Shown here in pieces: positions 28,065 to 37,127 of a stretch of DNA of 64,000 nucleotides; position 1 is the first letter of the stretch; the number at the start of each line of letters is the position of its first letter. The stretch covers positions 8,619 to 72,618 of the forward strand of contig CAYOLA010000067.1 of the NCBI GenBank assembly GCA_964404735.1, written 5' to 3'. Below the pieces are notes generated by a model. It was given only the letters and a program-made list of their open reading frames with translations, was not told the origin of the DNA and did no database searches. Source of the stretch: an uncultured Bacteroidales bacterium (GTDB lineage Bacteria; Bacteroidota; Bacteroidia; Bacteroidales; B18-G4). A program made the translations under genes and the position numbers.

Positions 28065-29684
28065 TTACCTGGCAGTGAACAGTTCTTCTATTTTGTTGAT
28101 CCTTGCTTCCTGTTCAATAATATAAAGTGTCAGCTCCTCAATTTTCCGGAGCAGGCTGATATGCATTTCCCCTGTTTTCAGGCCATTCATCATTACTTCC
28201 TGTGCAGAGGGAATTCCCGGCAGATGACCGTTTTCGCGGATATATTCTTCGAGACGGGGCAGCGCTGGTAGCTCATAATTCTTGTCGAATACGTAGTCGG
28301 GCCAGTTTTCGCTGACTTTTACGGTAACTTCTTCGGTCAGGATAGCACCGTCTACAGCCAGTTTATAGCTATAGGTTTCCCCTGTCCCGATGCCCACATT
28401 CCCGTTTGGTTTTATGGTGATGAGGTTTGCATATCCCTGATTCAGAACTGCCAGGTTACCGATCAGCAGGTCGTTCTGATTTTTCTGGTCCCCGTTCATT
28501 CCGATAAACCACTTGTTTGTTTCGCTATTGCTAACACAGAGGCCGACGGTGCCGCCTGTATTCAGGTTCCTGAATAGCTCAAGTGTGCTGGCGGGGTTTC
28601 GTGTACCTATTCCAAGCTTTGTTTCCGTGCCAAAAAGCACGGGCCCTGAATTCCCCAGTTTTACTGCCCCTGCCTGCGGGTCACTGGTGCTGAATATGCC
28701 GAGGGTATGTCCAATGTCAATATCGGTGAGGTAGGCATCGTTTCCCACCCTGAGGTTCATCCCTCCGGGCGGAAAAATGTCGGCCAGGTCGAGCTGCGCC
28801 ACTGGATTGGCCGTGCCAATCCCGACATTGCCTTCCAGGCGGAAAACGTTATTTTCTCTGACTGTCCAGTCATGGTCATCCAGGTCGGCCGGGTCGCTCC
28901 ACCTGGCGCGCCCTTCCGCATCGGAGCGCAGCACCCAACCCTCGATATTCCCCTGGGCATGCTCACGGTCGTAAATGGTCAGCTCTTTTGTGAATGTGCT
29001 TCCGCGCACATCCAGGTCGAAATCCGGCGAATACGTGCCGATGCCCACATTCCCTTCATGGAAGACATAGTTTTTTTCGGTACGGAACAAGAGACCGTGG
29101 TCGTCGGTACTCCTGATCCCGTGCCCTGTATTCCCCAGCAGGATGTCGGCACTTCTGAAGTCAGGCTGTTCGATAAAAAGCTTCGGGAACTCCCCCTGGT
29201 CGGCCCTGATATGGAGCTTGGCCTGGGGTGTGATAACATTTCCGATGCCAACGTTACCGGTTCGGTTCCTGCTGTTGGCCGGGCTTACAAAGAGGGTGGG
29301 GTAGATGCTGTTAAATCCGATCATCAGGCTGTTTTCGTTCGTGTTGACGAGCCGGTCCTGGATATCCTCTCCATATCCGTGGCCAATGATCATCGACCGA
29401 TCTGCGTTGCAGTAAGCATTGCTGCCGATGGTAAATGAAAAGTCGCCGGAAGCCTCACTCCGGCTGCCAAGGCTGCCGGAATTGTCGCCGCTGGCAATGG
29501 TGTGCGAACCGCTTGCAAAGGCTGCAAAGCCGTTGGCAACAGTCCTCAGGCCAATGGCACTGGAAACTTTTTCGGAACTTGAGATTGAATGCTGGCAATT
29601 GGTGCATTGTGCATTCAGCCTGTATGGCTGGATTATGCAAAACAGACCCGCCAGCAGCAGTAAGCTTGTGTGTCTTTTTTTCAT
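28065..29684 (-). CDS. Secreted fibre-like protein: heptad beta-roll head, GNVGIG repeats, and a conserved C-terminal domain with coiled coil
   Basis: Signal peptide. Seven consecutive heptads each end in Gly (KVSSAIG LRTVANG FAAFASG SHTIASG DNSGSLG SRSEASG DFSFTIG). There are five GNVGIG/KLGIG motifs. The C-terminus reads WPDYVFDKNYELPALPRLEEYIRENGHLPGIPSAQEV...LLRKIEELTLYIIEQEARINKIEELF. No T9SS CTD and no barrel anchor. Confidence 0.7.
   Translation of the reverse strand: MKKRHTSLLLLAGLFCIIQPYRLNAQCTNCQHSISSSEKVSSAIGLRTVANGFAAFASGSHTIASGDNSGSLGSRSEASGDFSFTIGSNAYCNADRSMIIGHGYGEDIQDRLVNTNENSLMIGFNSIYPTLFVSPANSRNRTGNVGIGNVITPQAKLHIRADQGEFPKLFIEQPDFRSADILLGNTGHGIRSTDDHGLLFRTEKNYVFHEGNVGIGTYSPDFDLDVRGSTFTKELTIYDREHAQGNIEGWVLRSDAEGRARWSDPADLDDHDWTVRENNVFRLEGNVGIGTANPVAQLDLADIFPPGGMNLRVGNDAYLTDIDIGHTLGIFSTSDPQAGAVKLGNSGPVLFGTETKLGIGTRNPASTLELFRNLNTGGTVGLCVSNSETNKWFIGMNGDQKNQNDLLIGNLAVLNQGYANLITIKPNGNVGIGTGETYSYKLAVDGAILTEEVTVKVSENWPDYVFDKNYELPALPRLEEYIRENGHLPGIPSAQEVMMNGLKTGEMHISLLRKIEELTLYIIEQEARINKIEELFTAR
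28386..29258 (-). repeat. Five dispersed GNVGIG(T)-x-x-P-x-x-x-L repeat units within the fibre-like protein
   Basis: Located at residues 143-148, 211-216, 285-290, 356-360 (KLGIG) and 428-433 of the 539-aa product. Confidence 0.8.
29424..29570 (-). repeat. Seven tandem 7-residue repeats ending in Gly (YadA-head/Hep_Hag-like periodicity)
   Basis: Residues 39-87 of the 539-aa product show exact 7-residue spacing of the terminal Gly. Confidence 0.75.
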
Positions 29685-29736
29685 TTCTTCTTCTTTTTAG
29701 TTAGGTTAGCATTGAATGAGTTAATTGTGTTTGATC

Positions 29737-29765
29737 ACAGATAATAAGAGTACTCTCATATCTGT
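29737..29765. promoter_or_regulatory. Nested imperfect palindrome in the fibre-gene/ilvE divergent intergenic region
   Basis: Sequence acagataataAGAGTACTCTcatatctgt. The inner palindrome AGAGTACTCT (29747-29756) is a perfect 10-mer. Outer 7-nt arms ACAGATA/TATCTGT are offset by 1 nt. Confidence 0.3.
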
Positions 29766-29950
29766 TAATACCCAAAAAGTGAAAATGTCCGCATTTTTTT
29801 TTGACTTTTTTTTCAATTCCTTACCAATAAACTTGAAACAGGCAGTAAGGGCTTACTTTTTATTGATTTTTCGGGAAGATTTCGGTTAGTCACGAATATA
29901 TTTTTTAACTTAGCCCCTGCTGTTTTTATCAACATTTTAAATCGGTTCTT

Positions 29951-30967
29951 ATGCAAAATATTGATTGGGCAAGTTTACCATTCGGGTATTTCAAGACAGA
30001 ATATAACGTAAGGTGTTATCATCGTTACGGGGAATGGGGCGAGATCGAGATCTCATCTTCCGAAATCATTAACATCCATATGGCGGCTACCTGCCTTCAC
30101 TACGGGCAGGAAGCATTTGAAGGGATGAAGGCCTTCAGGGGCGTTGACGGAAAGATCAGGGTCTTCAGGTGGGAGGAAAATGCCAGGAGGATGCGGCGTT
30201 CTGCCGAAGGCATCATGATGGCCGAAGTGCCGGAAGAATTGTTTTATCAGATGATGGTGAAGGTGATAAAGCTTAATGAGAAGTTTATCCCTCCCCATGG
30301 CACCGGTTCAGCTTTATACCTGCGGCCTTTGCTTATCGGTACGGGGCCTCAGGTTGGTGTAAAACCTGCTGAAGAATACCTGTTTGTAATCTTTGTTGGC
30401 CCGGTGGGTCCTTACTTTAAGGAAGGATTCAAGCCTGTAAGGATGCAGATCGTAAAAGATTATGACCGTTGTGCTCCGCTGGGTACCGGGCATATCAAGG
30501 TGGGCGGTAATTATGCGGCCAGCCTGAAGCCGGCCGTACGTGCCAAAGAGGAAGGCTTTGCTTCGGTGATCTTTCTGGAGGCCAAAGGGAAGAAATACAT
30601 TGATGAGGCCGGGCCGGCCAACTTCTTTGGCGTGAAAGGCAACAAATATATTACCCCTGATTCCAGTTCCATCCTTCCCTCTATCACGAATATGAGCCTT
30701 CGTACGCTTGCAAAGGATATGGGGCTTGAGGTAGAAATGCGCCATGTGACGGTTGATGAACTTGCCGAATTTGATGAGGCGGGGGCATGTGGGACAGCCG
30801 CCATCATTTCACCTATTCGTGAAATTGAAGACCGTGAAACCGGCAGGAAGTTTACCTATGGAACCGGTGAGGCGGGGCCTGTTTCCACAGCCCTGTACAA
30901 TAAATTGCGCGCGATCCAGTATGGTGAGACCCCGGATACCTATGGCTGGACCCATGTTATTGAATAA
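29951..30967 (+). CDS. ilvE: Branched-chain amino acid aminotransferase (fold type IV)
   Basis: HYGQEAFEGMKAF, YLRPLLIGTG, KVGGNYAASL, GTAAIISPI. Confidence 0.9.
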   Translation: MQNIDWASLPFGYFKTEYNVRCYHRYGEWGEIEISSSEIINIHMAATCLHYGQEAFEGMKAFRGVDGKIRVFRWEENARRMRRSAEGIMMAEVPEELFYQMMVKVIKLNEKFIPPHGTGSALYLRPLLIGTGPQVGVKPAEEYLFVIFVGPVGPYFKEGFKPVRMQIVKDYDRCAPLGTGHIKVGGNYAASLKPAVRAKEEGFASVIFLEAKGKKYIDEAGPANFFGVKGNKYITPDSSSILPSITNMSLRTLAKDMGLEVEMRHVTVDELAEFDEAGACGTAAIISPIREIEDRETGRKFTYGTGEAGPVSTALYNKLRAIQYGETPDTYGWTHVIE

Positions 30968-30979
30968 CCTTCAGGTTAT

Positions 30980-31807
30980 TTACCGGCAGATGCCGGCTTT
31001 TTCCAGGATTATTTGCATTTGCTGTTGCACTGTTTCGGCGGCATTTTTGGCATGTGTGGCAAATTCTGCATCCCGGCCTGCATAGATGATATTTCTTGAT
31101 GAATTTACCAAAAGCCCGCAGTCATTGTTAAGCCCGTATCTGGCCACTTCTTCCAGGCTGCCGCCCTGGGCCCCCACGCCCGGCACAAGCAGGAAATGAT
31201 GCGGGATGATCTTTCTGATTCCCGCCAGCATCTCCGCTTTCGTGGCACCGAATACAAACATCAGGTTATCTTCATTTCCCCAGCCACATGCTGTTTCCAC
31301 AACCTTTTCAAAGAGGGGTGTGCCGCCTGCATCACTGAACATCTGGAAATCATCTGATCCCCTGTTCGATGTGAGGGCCAGCAATATGGTCCACTTCCCG
31401 GGAATATCAAAAAAGGGCTTAACGGAATCACTGCCCATATAGGGGGCCACCGTTATGGCGTCGAAGCCGAGTTCTTCCAGAAAGGCACGGGCATAACGGC
31501 CTGAAGTATTCCCGATATCGCCGCGTTTGGCATCGGCAATGCTGAAAACCTCAAGGGTTTTCAGATAGGCGATGGTTTTTTCAAGACTTTCCCAGCCGCC
31601 CGAGCCATAGGCTTCGTAAAAGGCAATGTTGGGTTTATAGGCAACAGTGAGGTGGTGGGTGGCATCAATAATGGCTTTGTTGAATGCAAAAATGGGATCG
31701 CTTTCGTCAAGCAGATGCCCTGGTATCTTGTCGAGGTCGGTGTCGAGGCCGATGCAAAGGAACGACTTCTTTTTTTTGATGAGGTTGGTTAACTCCCGGC
31801 GTGTCAT
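30980..31807 (-). CDS. pyrF: Orotidine 5'-phosphate decarboxylase (type 2)
   Basis: [34 protein letters not shown]. Confidence 0.9.
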   Translation of the reverse strand: MTRRELTNLIKKKKSFLCIGLDTDLDKIPGHLLDESDPIFAFNKAIIDATHHLTVAYKPNIAFYEAYGSGGWESLEKTIAYLKTLEVFSIADAKRGDIGNTSGRYARAFLEELGFDAITVAPYMGSDSVKPFFDIPGKWTILLALTSNRGSDDFQMFSDAGGTPLFEKVVETACGWGNEDNLMFVFGATKAEMLAGIRKIIPHHFLLVPGVGAQGGSLEEVARYGLNNDCGLLVNSSRNIIYAGRDAEFATHAKNAAETVQQQMQIILEKAGICR

Positions 31808-31837
31808 CTTTGTATTTTGATAAGGTTGCTGTGTTTT

Positions 31838-32911
31838 TTATTTTTCCAGTTCCTGTTTCAGCCGTTCGGCATTTTCGGCCAGTTGCAGTTTGTCGATCAT
31901 TTCCTGTATGTTCCCGTTTATGATCTCCTGCAGGTTATACATGGTCAGGTTGATGCGGTGGTCGGTCACCCTGCCCTGCGGCCAGTTGTATGTGCGGATC
32001 TTGGCTGACCTGTCGCCCGTGCTGACCATGGTTTTCCTTTGTGAGGCAATTCCGTCGAGGTATTTCTTGTATTCCCTTTCATATAGCCTTGTACGCAAAA
32101 CCACGAGAGCCTTTTCATAATTCTTGATCTGCGATTTCTGATCCTGGCAGGTAACAACAATATTGGTGGGAATATGCGTGAGCCTGACGGCTGAATAGGT
32201 AGTGTTGACCGATTGCCCCCCGGGCCCGGATGAGCAATAGGTATCCTTACGGATGTCTTCGGTCTTCAGATCAATGTCGAATTCATCTGCCTCGGGCAGG
32301 ATCACAACGGATGCGGCCGAAGTATGCACACGTCCCTGTGTTTCTGTTTTCGGTACGCGCTGTACGCGATGTACGCCCGATTCGTATTTCATCTGTCCGT
32401 ATACCAGCTCACCCCTAACATTGAAGATGATCTCCTTAAAGCCTCCCGCCGTGCCTTCTGTCAGGCTCACCTGCTCAATTTTCCAGCCCTTGATCTCGCA
32501 GAATTTGGTATACATACGGTACAGGTCTCCGGCAAAGATGCTGGCTTCATCACCGCCGGTACCCGCCCTGATCTCAACAAGGGCGTTCTTGTCATCCTGC
32601 GGATCCTTGGGGATGAGCATATAACGGATCTCTTCTTCCAGTTGTTCCTTTTTTTCGGTTAGTTCGGCGAGTTCCTGCTTTGCGAGTTCTCTGAATTCTT
32701 CGTCCTTCTCGGTTTTAAGCACCTGTTTGGCCGAATCCAGGTTGGCCGTGATGTTCTTATATAACAGATAGGCATCGACAATGGGCTGCAGGTCTTTGTA
32801 ATCCTTGTTCAGCTTGATAAACCTGTTCATGTCGGACATTACGTCCGGGTCGTTCATCTTGTCTTCCATCTGCAGCCAGCGATTGTATATGCCTTCCAGT
32901 TTTTCGATCAT
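31838..32911 (-). CDS. prfA: Peptide chain release factor 1
   Basis: RF1-type PxT tripeptide ([17 protein letters not shown]) and the GGQ motif ([12 protein letters not shown]). Confidence 0.93.
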   Translation of the reverse strand: MIEKLEGIYNRWLQMEDKMNDPDVMSDMNRFIKLNKDYKDLQPIVDAYLLYKNITANLDSAKQVLKTEKDEEFRELAKQELAELTEKKEQLEEEIRYMLIPKDPQDDKNALVEIRAGTGGDEASIFAGDLYRMYTKFCEIKGWKIEQVSLTEGTAGGFKEIIFNVRGELVYGQMKYESGVHRVQRVPKTETQGRVHTSAASVVILPEADEFDIDLKTEDIRKDTYCSSGPGGQSVNTTYSAVRLTHIPTNIVVTCQDQKSQIKNYEKALVVLRTRLYEREYKKYLDGIASQRKTMVSTGDRSAKIRTYNWPQGRVTDHRINLTMYNLQEIINGNIQEMIDKLQLAENAERLKQELEK

Positions 32912-32933
32912 TTAAATGAAGTTTTTCGGTGTG

Positions 32934-32941
32934 CAAAGGTA
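32934..32941 (-). promoter_or_regulatory. -7 box TACCTTTG upstream of prfA
   Basis: Minus strand reads TACCTTTG, 23 nt upstream of the prfA ATG (32911-32909). Confidence 0.5.
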
Positions 32942-33001
32942 AGCATTAAAATGATCCGGGCTGCCACAGGCGATGCCGGGCGCGGAAAGTGGTTTCTGTC
33001 T

Positions 33002-34171
33002 TTACCAGGTAAAAGTGCCGGCAGCACCGCTGATGGTCAGGCTGGCCTTGCCGGCTTTTTCCACATGGCCAATGATTCTTGCATCAATGCCGAATGATTG
33101 GCTGATGGCGATTACATCCCGGGCAATGCTTTCGGGCAGGTAGAGCTCAAAGCGGTGCCCCATGTTAAACACCTGGTACATCTCTCTCCAGGGCGTGCCT
33201 GATATTTCCCTGATCATCCTGAACAGGGGCGGTAAAGGGAATAAATTATCCTTGACAATATGCAGTTTGTCGATGAAATGAAGCACTTTTGTTTGCCCTC
33301 CGCCGCTGCAATGTATCATCCCGTGGATTTGCTTCCTGTGTTCCCTGAGTATACCGGCAACCACCGGTGCATAAGTCCGGGTGGGCGACAAAACGAGGCT
33401 GCCGGCGTCAACGCCCGGCACTTCCGTCGGATCTGTAACGCTCAGTGTGCCTGCATATGCGAGGTCGTAAGGGAGCGAGGGGTCGAAGCTTTCGGGATAT
33501 TTTCCTGCATATTCTTTTTTGAAGATGTCGTGCCGTGCCGAGGTAAGCCCGTTGGAACCCATCCCCCCGTTGTATTTTTTTTCATAGCTTGCCTGTCCGA
33601 ATGAGGCAAGTCCTACGATGACATCGCCCGGTTTTATCCGGTCATTGCTGATGATCTCATCACGTCTGGCGCGCGCCACCACGGTCGAGTCTATGATAAC
33701 GGTTCTTACAAGGTCACCCACATCGGCCGTTTCGCCGCCCCCCGGCCATACCCCGATACCCATGTCGCGTAATTCAGACAGAAAGTTTTCTGTACCCTCA
33801 ATGATTGCGGAAATAACCGTTCCCGGGATAAGGTTTTTGTTTCTGCCTATGGTTGATGATAAAAGGATGTTGTTGGTGATACCCGCACAAAGCAGGTCGT
33901 CGAGGTTCATCACAACGGCATCCTGTGCAATTCCTTCCCATACGGAAAGGTCGCCGGTTTCTTTCCAGTAGATGTATGCAAGGGATGATTTTGTGCCGGC
34001 ACCGTCGGCATGTATGATACAGCAGTGTTCTTCACTGCCATGCATAAAGTCGGGGATGACTTTGCAAAAAGCCTTTGGAAACAGGCCCTTGTCGATATTT
34101 CTGATGGCATGGTGAACATCTTCCTTGGAAGAGGAAACACCGCGTTTTTCGTATCTCTGGCCTGCGTCCAA
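33002..34171 (-). CDS. purM: Phosphoribosylformylglycinamidine cyclo-ligase (AIR synthetase, long form)
   Basis: PurM-like N and C domains: IHADGAGTKS, VVMNLDDLLCAG, GGGETADVGD, IHCSGGGQTK. Confidence 0.85.
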   Translation of the reverse strand: MDAGQRYEKRGVSSSKEDVHHAIRNIDKGLFPKAFCKVIPDFMHGSEEHCCIIHADGAGTKSSLAYIYWKETGDLSVWEGIAQDAVVMNLDDLLCAGITNNILLSSTIGRNKNLIPGTVISAIIEGTENFLSELRDMGIGVWPGGGETADVGDLVRTVIIDSTVVARARRDEIISNDRIKPGDVIVGLASFGQASYEKKYNGGMGSNGLTSARHDIFKKEYAGKYPESFDPSLPYDLAYAGTLSVTDPTEVPGVDAGSLVLSPTRTYAPVVAGILREHRKQIHGMIHCSGGGQTKVLHFIDKLHIVKDNLFPLPPLFRMIREISGTPWREMYQVFNMGHRFELYLPESIARDVIAISQSFGIDARIIGHVEKAGKASLTISGAAGTFTW

Positions 34172-34174
34172 GGA

Positions 34175-36646
34175 TTAATTGTCTTTATATTCGAAAGTGA
34201 TCGTCTTCTGCCCTTCATCAATGGAATAATCCCCGATCCTTTGGAGTATCTGACGGCCGAGGGTGATGGGGTTTTGCTGACGGTGGACAACGGTGAAGGG
34301 CACATCCCTGATGGTTTTGGCCCCGATCCTGAGTTCACCGATCACAAATATGCTGTTGTTCCTGATGGAGTTGTCGGCGAGTATCTGTTCAGGATCGCCG
34401 TCAAAATTCTCCTTGCTGATGATCCCTTCGTTCAGCAATTGCAATGCCTTTTCCAGGGAAACCTGTGCCGGTGCCCGGTCTTCATAAATAAACTCGTCTT
34501 TATATCCATTGAGGATAAGCGGAATGATATAGAGCCCGGTTTTGTCCTGTGTTCTGAAGGTTACCGCATTTTCTTCGGGATTCACCTGGATCACGACTGC
34601 AACCGGGTCTTCGCTGATCACGGTTTTCGGGACATAGTCTTTCCGTAGTACGCTGAATTCGGTCCGCCTGTTCATCTGGTGGGCCGCTTCACGGATCTCC
34701 TCCGAAGGAAGGGCTGCGATATATTCTTCGGTCAGCACATCACCTTTTTTAAATGTATACCCCTCCCGGGTGATATCTTTATATATTTTTCGGGGGACTC
34801 TCTCGCCATAACCTTTGGCTACCAGCCGGTCGGGGTCGATGCCCCTGAGAATAAGGTAGTCAACCACTGATTGTGCCCTGCGCTGCGACAGGATGTCGTT
34901 GCGTTCATAGGTGTCGCGTGCATCGGTATGGGCTGCCAGCTCAACCACGATCCTCGGGTTATCATCAAGGGTTCTGATCAGGCCCTGAAGGGAGTCTTCG
35001 TACTGCGGCTTCAGATCCCATTTGGCGAGGTCATAAAGTATTTCGGGCAGAAGGATCGGCTCGTCCGGAATTGGTTGAAGGATGAAATCCTGCACAAAGT
35101 CTTTGCCCTTTTCATGGCCAACGGTGGTGATCATGGCTGAGCTGTTGAAGTAATTGACCTTGCTCACCACGATCTCGTAGGTCGTGTTCTGCATCACCTG
35201 CGATTTGCCAAAAAGGTAAACCCCCTTGTCGGTTGTCCTGGTCGTTACCGAAGTGCCATCCGAACCATTAAGGCTGACGATGGCGTCGGAGACGAACTGC
35301 AGCGTACGGTCATCGGTAACCACTCCGGTTATCGTGAAGTCGACAGGCGGCACATAGAAATAGAAAATATCTTCAAGTCCCTTTCTTCCCCGCCGGTCAC
35401 TGGTAAAAAAGCCTTCGGGTTCTTCGGGGTGGAAGATGACCGCGAAATCATTGTATTCGGAATTCAGGGGTGGCTTTACGTTTTCGGGTTCGCTCCAGTT
35501 GCCTTCTTCGTCGATGGAAGTGACAAAAATGTCGAGGCCGCCCATGCCCGGGTGTCCATCGGAGGCAAAATAAAGTACAGTGTCGGATCTCAGGAAGGGA
35601 AACATCTCATCGCCGGGTGTATTGATGACGGGGCCCAGGTTAAAGGGCCTGCCGAAAGGTTCATCTTTACTGTCGCGAACGGCTACCCAGATATCATTGC
35701 CTCCAAAACCGCCTTTACGGTCTGATGAAAAATAGATGATCAGTTCGTTTTCACTCAGGGTGGGGTGGCCAAAGGCATCCGAAGAGTCATTGCTCAACTT
35801 CAGCATTTCAGGTTTGCTCCACATACGTCCGGTGCGCCGTGAGGTATAGATCTGGCATCCGTTTATCTTTTTATCTTCGTTCGGGCAACGTGTAAAATAC
35901 AAGGTATTGAATGAGCTGTTCATGGTGCCGCTGCCTTCGTTGGCTTCTGAGTTCACCCCTTCTTCAGTGTTGTCGAGTAGCACAGGTTCACCCCATTCGC
36001 CTTTTCTGTCGAGGCGTGTGGTAAAAAGGGCGCTGAATTTCTGGTCTGTCCATTCGTCATTGTTTTTGCCTTTGGCACCGTCGCGGGCCGAGGTAAAGAT
36101 GAGTTCGTTATAATTATTGCTGGCATAGGCAGGTGCGAAATCCGAAGCGCGGCTGTTGACCTTCTTGATATATTCAAGTTCGTAATTGGATGGGTATTCA
36201 AGCCATTCATCCATCATCTCTATGCTTTTCAAACCGGCCGGGCCTCGCGGGTCGTCAGGTACCGCTTCGGCATAGAGTGCGTACATCTCGCGTGCCTCAT
36301 CATAATTACCTTCGGTTTTGAGGATATTTGCATAATGAAGCAGTAGTATGGGCTCCTTTTTATCGTAACCGGTTTTTTGCAGCCTTTTGTATTGTGCCTT
36401 GGCTGCCTTCGGGTTGCCGGTCAGGCGGTAGCTCTCTGCCAGCCTGAATGATACACGGTCTTTTTCGGCCTTGTTGTTCTTTATTTTTGACTGGGCTTTT
36501 TTATACTTTTCAATGGCTACCACATATTTCCTGTCGTCAAAAGCTTCATCGGCGCTTTTGGCATGGTTTCTTCTTTGCGCCATCGAGGCCCCCGAAGTAA
36601 TCAGGATCATGAAAATGAGCAATACGGATATTTTATAGAGGTTCAT
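34175..36646 (-). CDS. OmpA-family protein (TPR, PD40/TolB-like repeats, CarboxypepD_reg-like domain, OmpA_C) with a ~155-aa C-terminal extension
   Basis: Signal peptide. TPR-like helices. PD40-like segments (ELIIYFSSDRKGGFGGNDIWV, TVLYFASDGHPGMGGLDIFV). FTITGVVTDD... OmpA_C (ELAAHTDARDTYERNDILSQRRAQSVVDYL...NRRTEFSVL). An unassigned tail follows. Confidence 0.85.
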   Translation of the reverse strand: MNLYKISVLLIFMILITSGASMAQRRNHAKSADEAFDDRKYVVAIEKYKKAQSKIKNNKAEKDRVSFRLAESYRLTGNPKAAKAQYKRLQKTGYDKKEPILLLHYANILKTEGNYDEAREMYALYAEAVPDDPRGPAGLKSIEMMDEWLEYPSNYELEYIKKVNSRASDFAPAYASNNYNELIFTSARDGAKGKNNDEWTDQKFSALFTTRLDRKGEWGEPVLLDNTEEGVNSEANEGSGTMNSSFNTLYFTRCPNEDKKINGCQIYTSRRTGRMWSKPEMLKLSNDSSDAFGHPTLSENELIIYFSSDRKGGFGGNDIWVAVRDSKDEPFGRPFNLGPVINTPGDEMFPFLRSDTVLYFASDGHPGMGGLDIFVTSIDEEGNWSEPENVKPPLNSEYNDFAVIFHPEEPEGFFTSDRRGRKGLEDIFYFYVPPVDFTITGVVTDDRTLQFVSDAIVSLNGSDGTSVTTRTTDKGVYLFGKSQVMQNTTYEIVVSKVNYFNSSAMITTVGHEKGKDFVQDFILQPIPDEPILLPEILYDLAKWDLKPQYEDSLQGLIRTLDDNPRIVVELAAHTDARDTYERNDILSQRRAQSVVDYLILRGIDPDRLVAKGYGERVPRKIYKDITREGYTFKKGDVLTEEYIAALPSEEIREAAHQMNRRTEFSVLRKDYVPKTVISEDPVAVVIQVNPEENAVTFRTQDKTGLYIIPLILNGYKDEFIYEDRAPAQVSLEKALQLLNEGIISKENFDGDPEQILADNSIRNNSIFVIGELRIGAKTIRDVPFTVVHRQQNPITLGRQILQRIGDYSIDEGQKTITFEYKDN

Positions 36647-36697
36647 AAACCGTCATTATTGTATTATAAAATGTTAACGAAAAACTATTGTTTTTAT

Positions 36698-36997
36698 TCA
36701 GCCATTTTTTTTAATTTCTTCATTTGATGTGGGATGGTCTTTTATCCCGGGCTCAGGTTTTGTGTCTGTACTTTCATTCACCATGCGTTCCACATCCAGG
36801 TCGGTTTTATATTGATTTACTTCTGTGTTGATCTCACGCCGTATTTCTGAGGAGGCTTTCCTGACCTCCCTGAGCCCCCGGCCGAAGATCCTTGCAAATT
36901 CAGGTATCTTTTGCGGTCCGAAAATGATAAAGATCACCACAACAATGATAAATATCTCACCAAAGCTGATATCGAGGAAAAGCAGGGAGGTGCTCAT
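36698..36997 (-). CDS. tatA: Twin-arginine translocase subunit TatA/E
   Basis: FGEIFIIVVVIFIIFGPQKIPEFARIFGRGLREVRKA: a TM helix plus an amphipathic helix. Confidence 0.88.
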   Translation of the reverse strand: MSTSLLFLDISFGEIFIIVVVIFIIFGPQKIPEFARIFGRGLREVRKASSEIRREINTEVNQYKTDLDVERMVNESTDTKPEPGIKDHPTSNEEIKKNG

Positions 36998-37023
36998 ATA
37001 TTTGATTGTTGTGCTCTTTCATG

Positions 37024-37031
37024 CAAAAATA
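37024..37031 (-). promoter_or_regulatory. -7 box TATTTTTG upstream of tatA, embedded in the secDF terminator U-tract
   Basis: Minus strand reads TATTTTTG, 26 nt upstream of the tatA ATG. Confidence 0.5.
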
Positions 37032-37070
37032 ATAAAAAAGCGCCTGTTTGATACAATTCTGCAAACAGGC
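37026..37070 (-). terminator. Rho-independent terminator after secDF
   Basis: Perfect 9-bp stem GCCTGTTTG (37042-37050) / CAAACAGGC (37062-37070) with an 11-nt loop. On the minus strand it is followed by GCTTTTTTATTATTTTT. Confidence 0.75.
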
Positions 37071-37127
37071 ACTTTATATCATCCCCGCAATCGGTTGCCG
37101 GGATGATCAATGGGGCTTCCCGGCCGC

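Noticed and set aside
28707-29438. 243-aa plus-strand ORF antisense to the fibre-like gene
   Set aside because: The sense frame has a signal peptide and exact periodic repeats, and the antisense frame is featureless.
29897-29904. TATATTTT upstream of ilvE as a -7 box
   Set aside because: It lacks the terminal G of TAnnTTTG. I listed only exact matches, so the ilvE promoter remains unassigned.
32345-32353. RF1 tripeptide reads P-K-T rather than the common P-A-T/P-V-T
   Set aside because: The middle position of the PxT motif is variable, and PKT occurs in bona fide RF1-type factors. There are no in-frame stops elsewhere in the window and no other sign of altered stop-codon recognition.
34010-34648. 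212-aa plus-strand ORF spanning the purM/OmpA junction
   Set aside because: It crosses two well-supported minus-strand genes. The same reasoning applies to the long antisense ORFs at 39340-39930, 42314-42850, 52815-53372 and 53999-54652.
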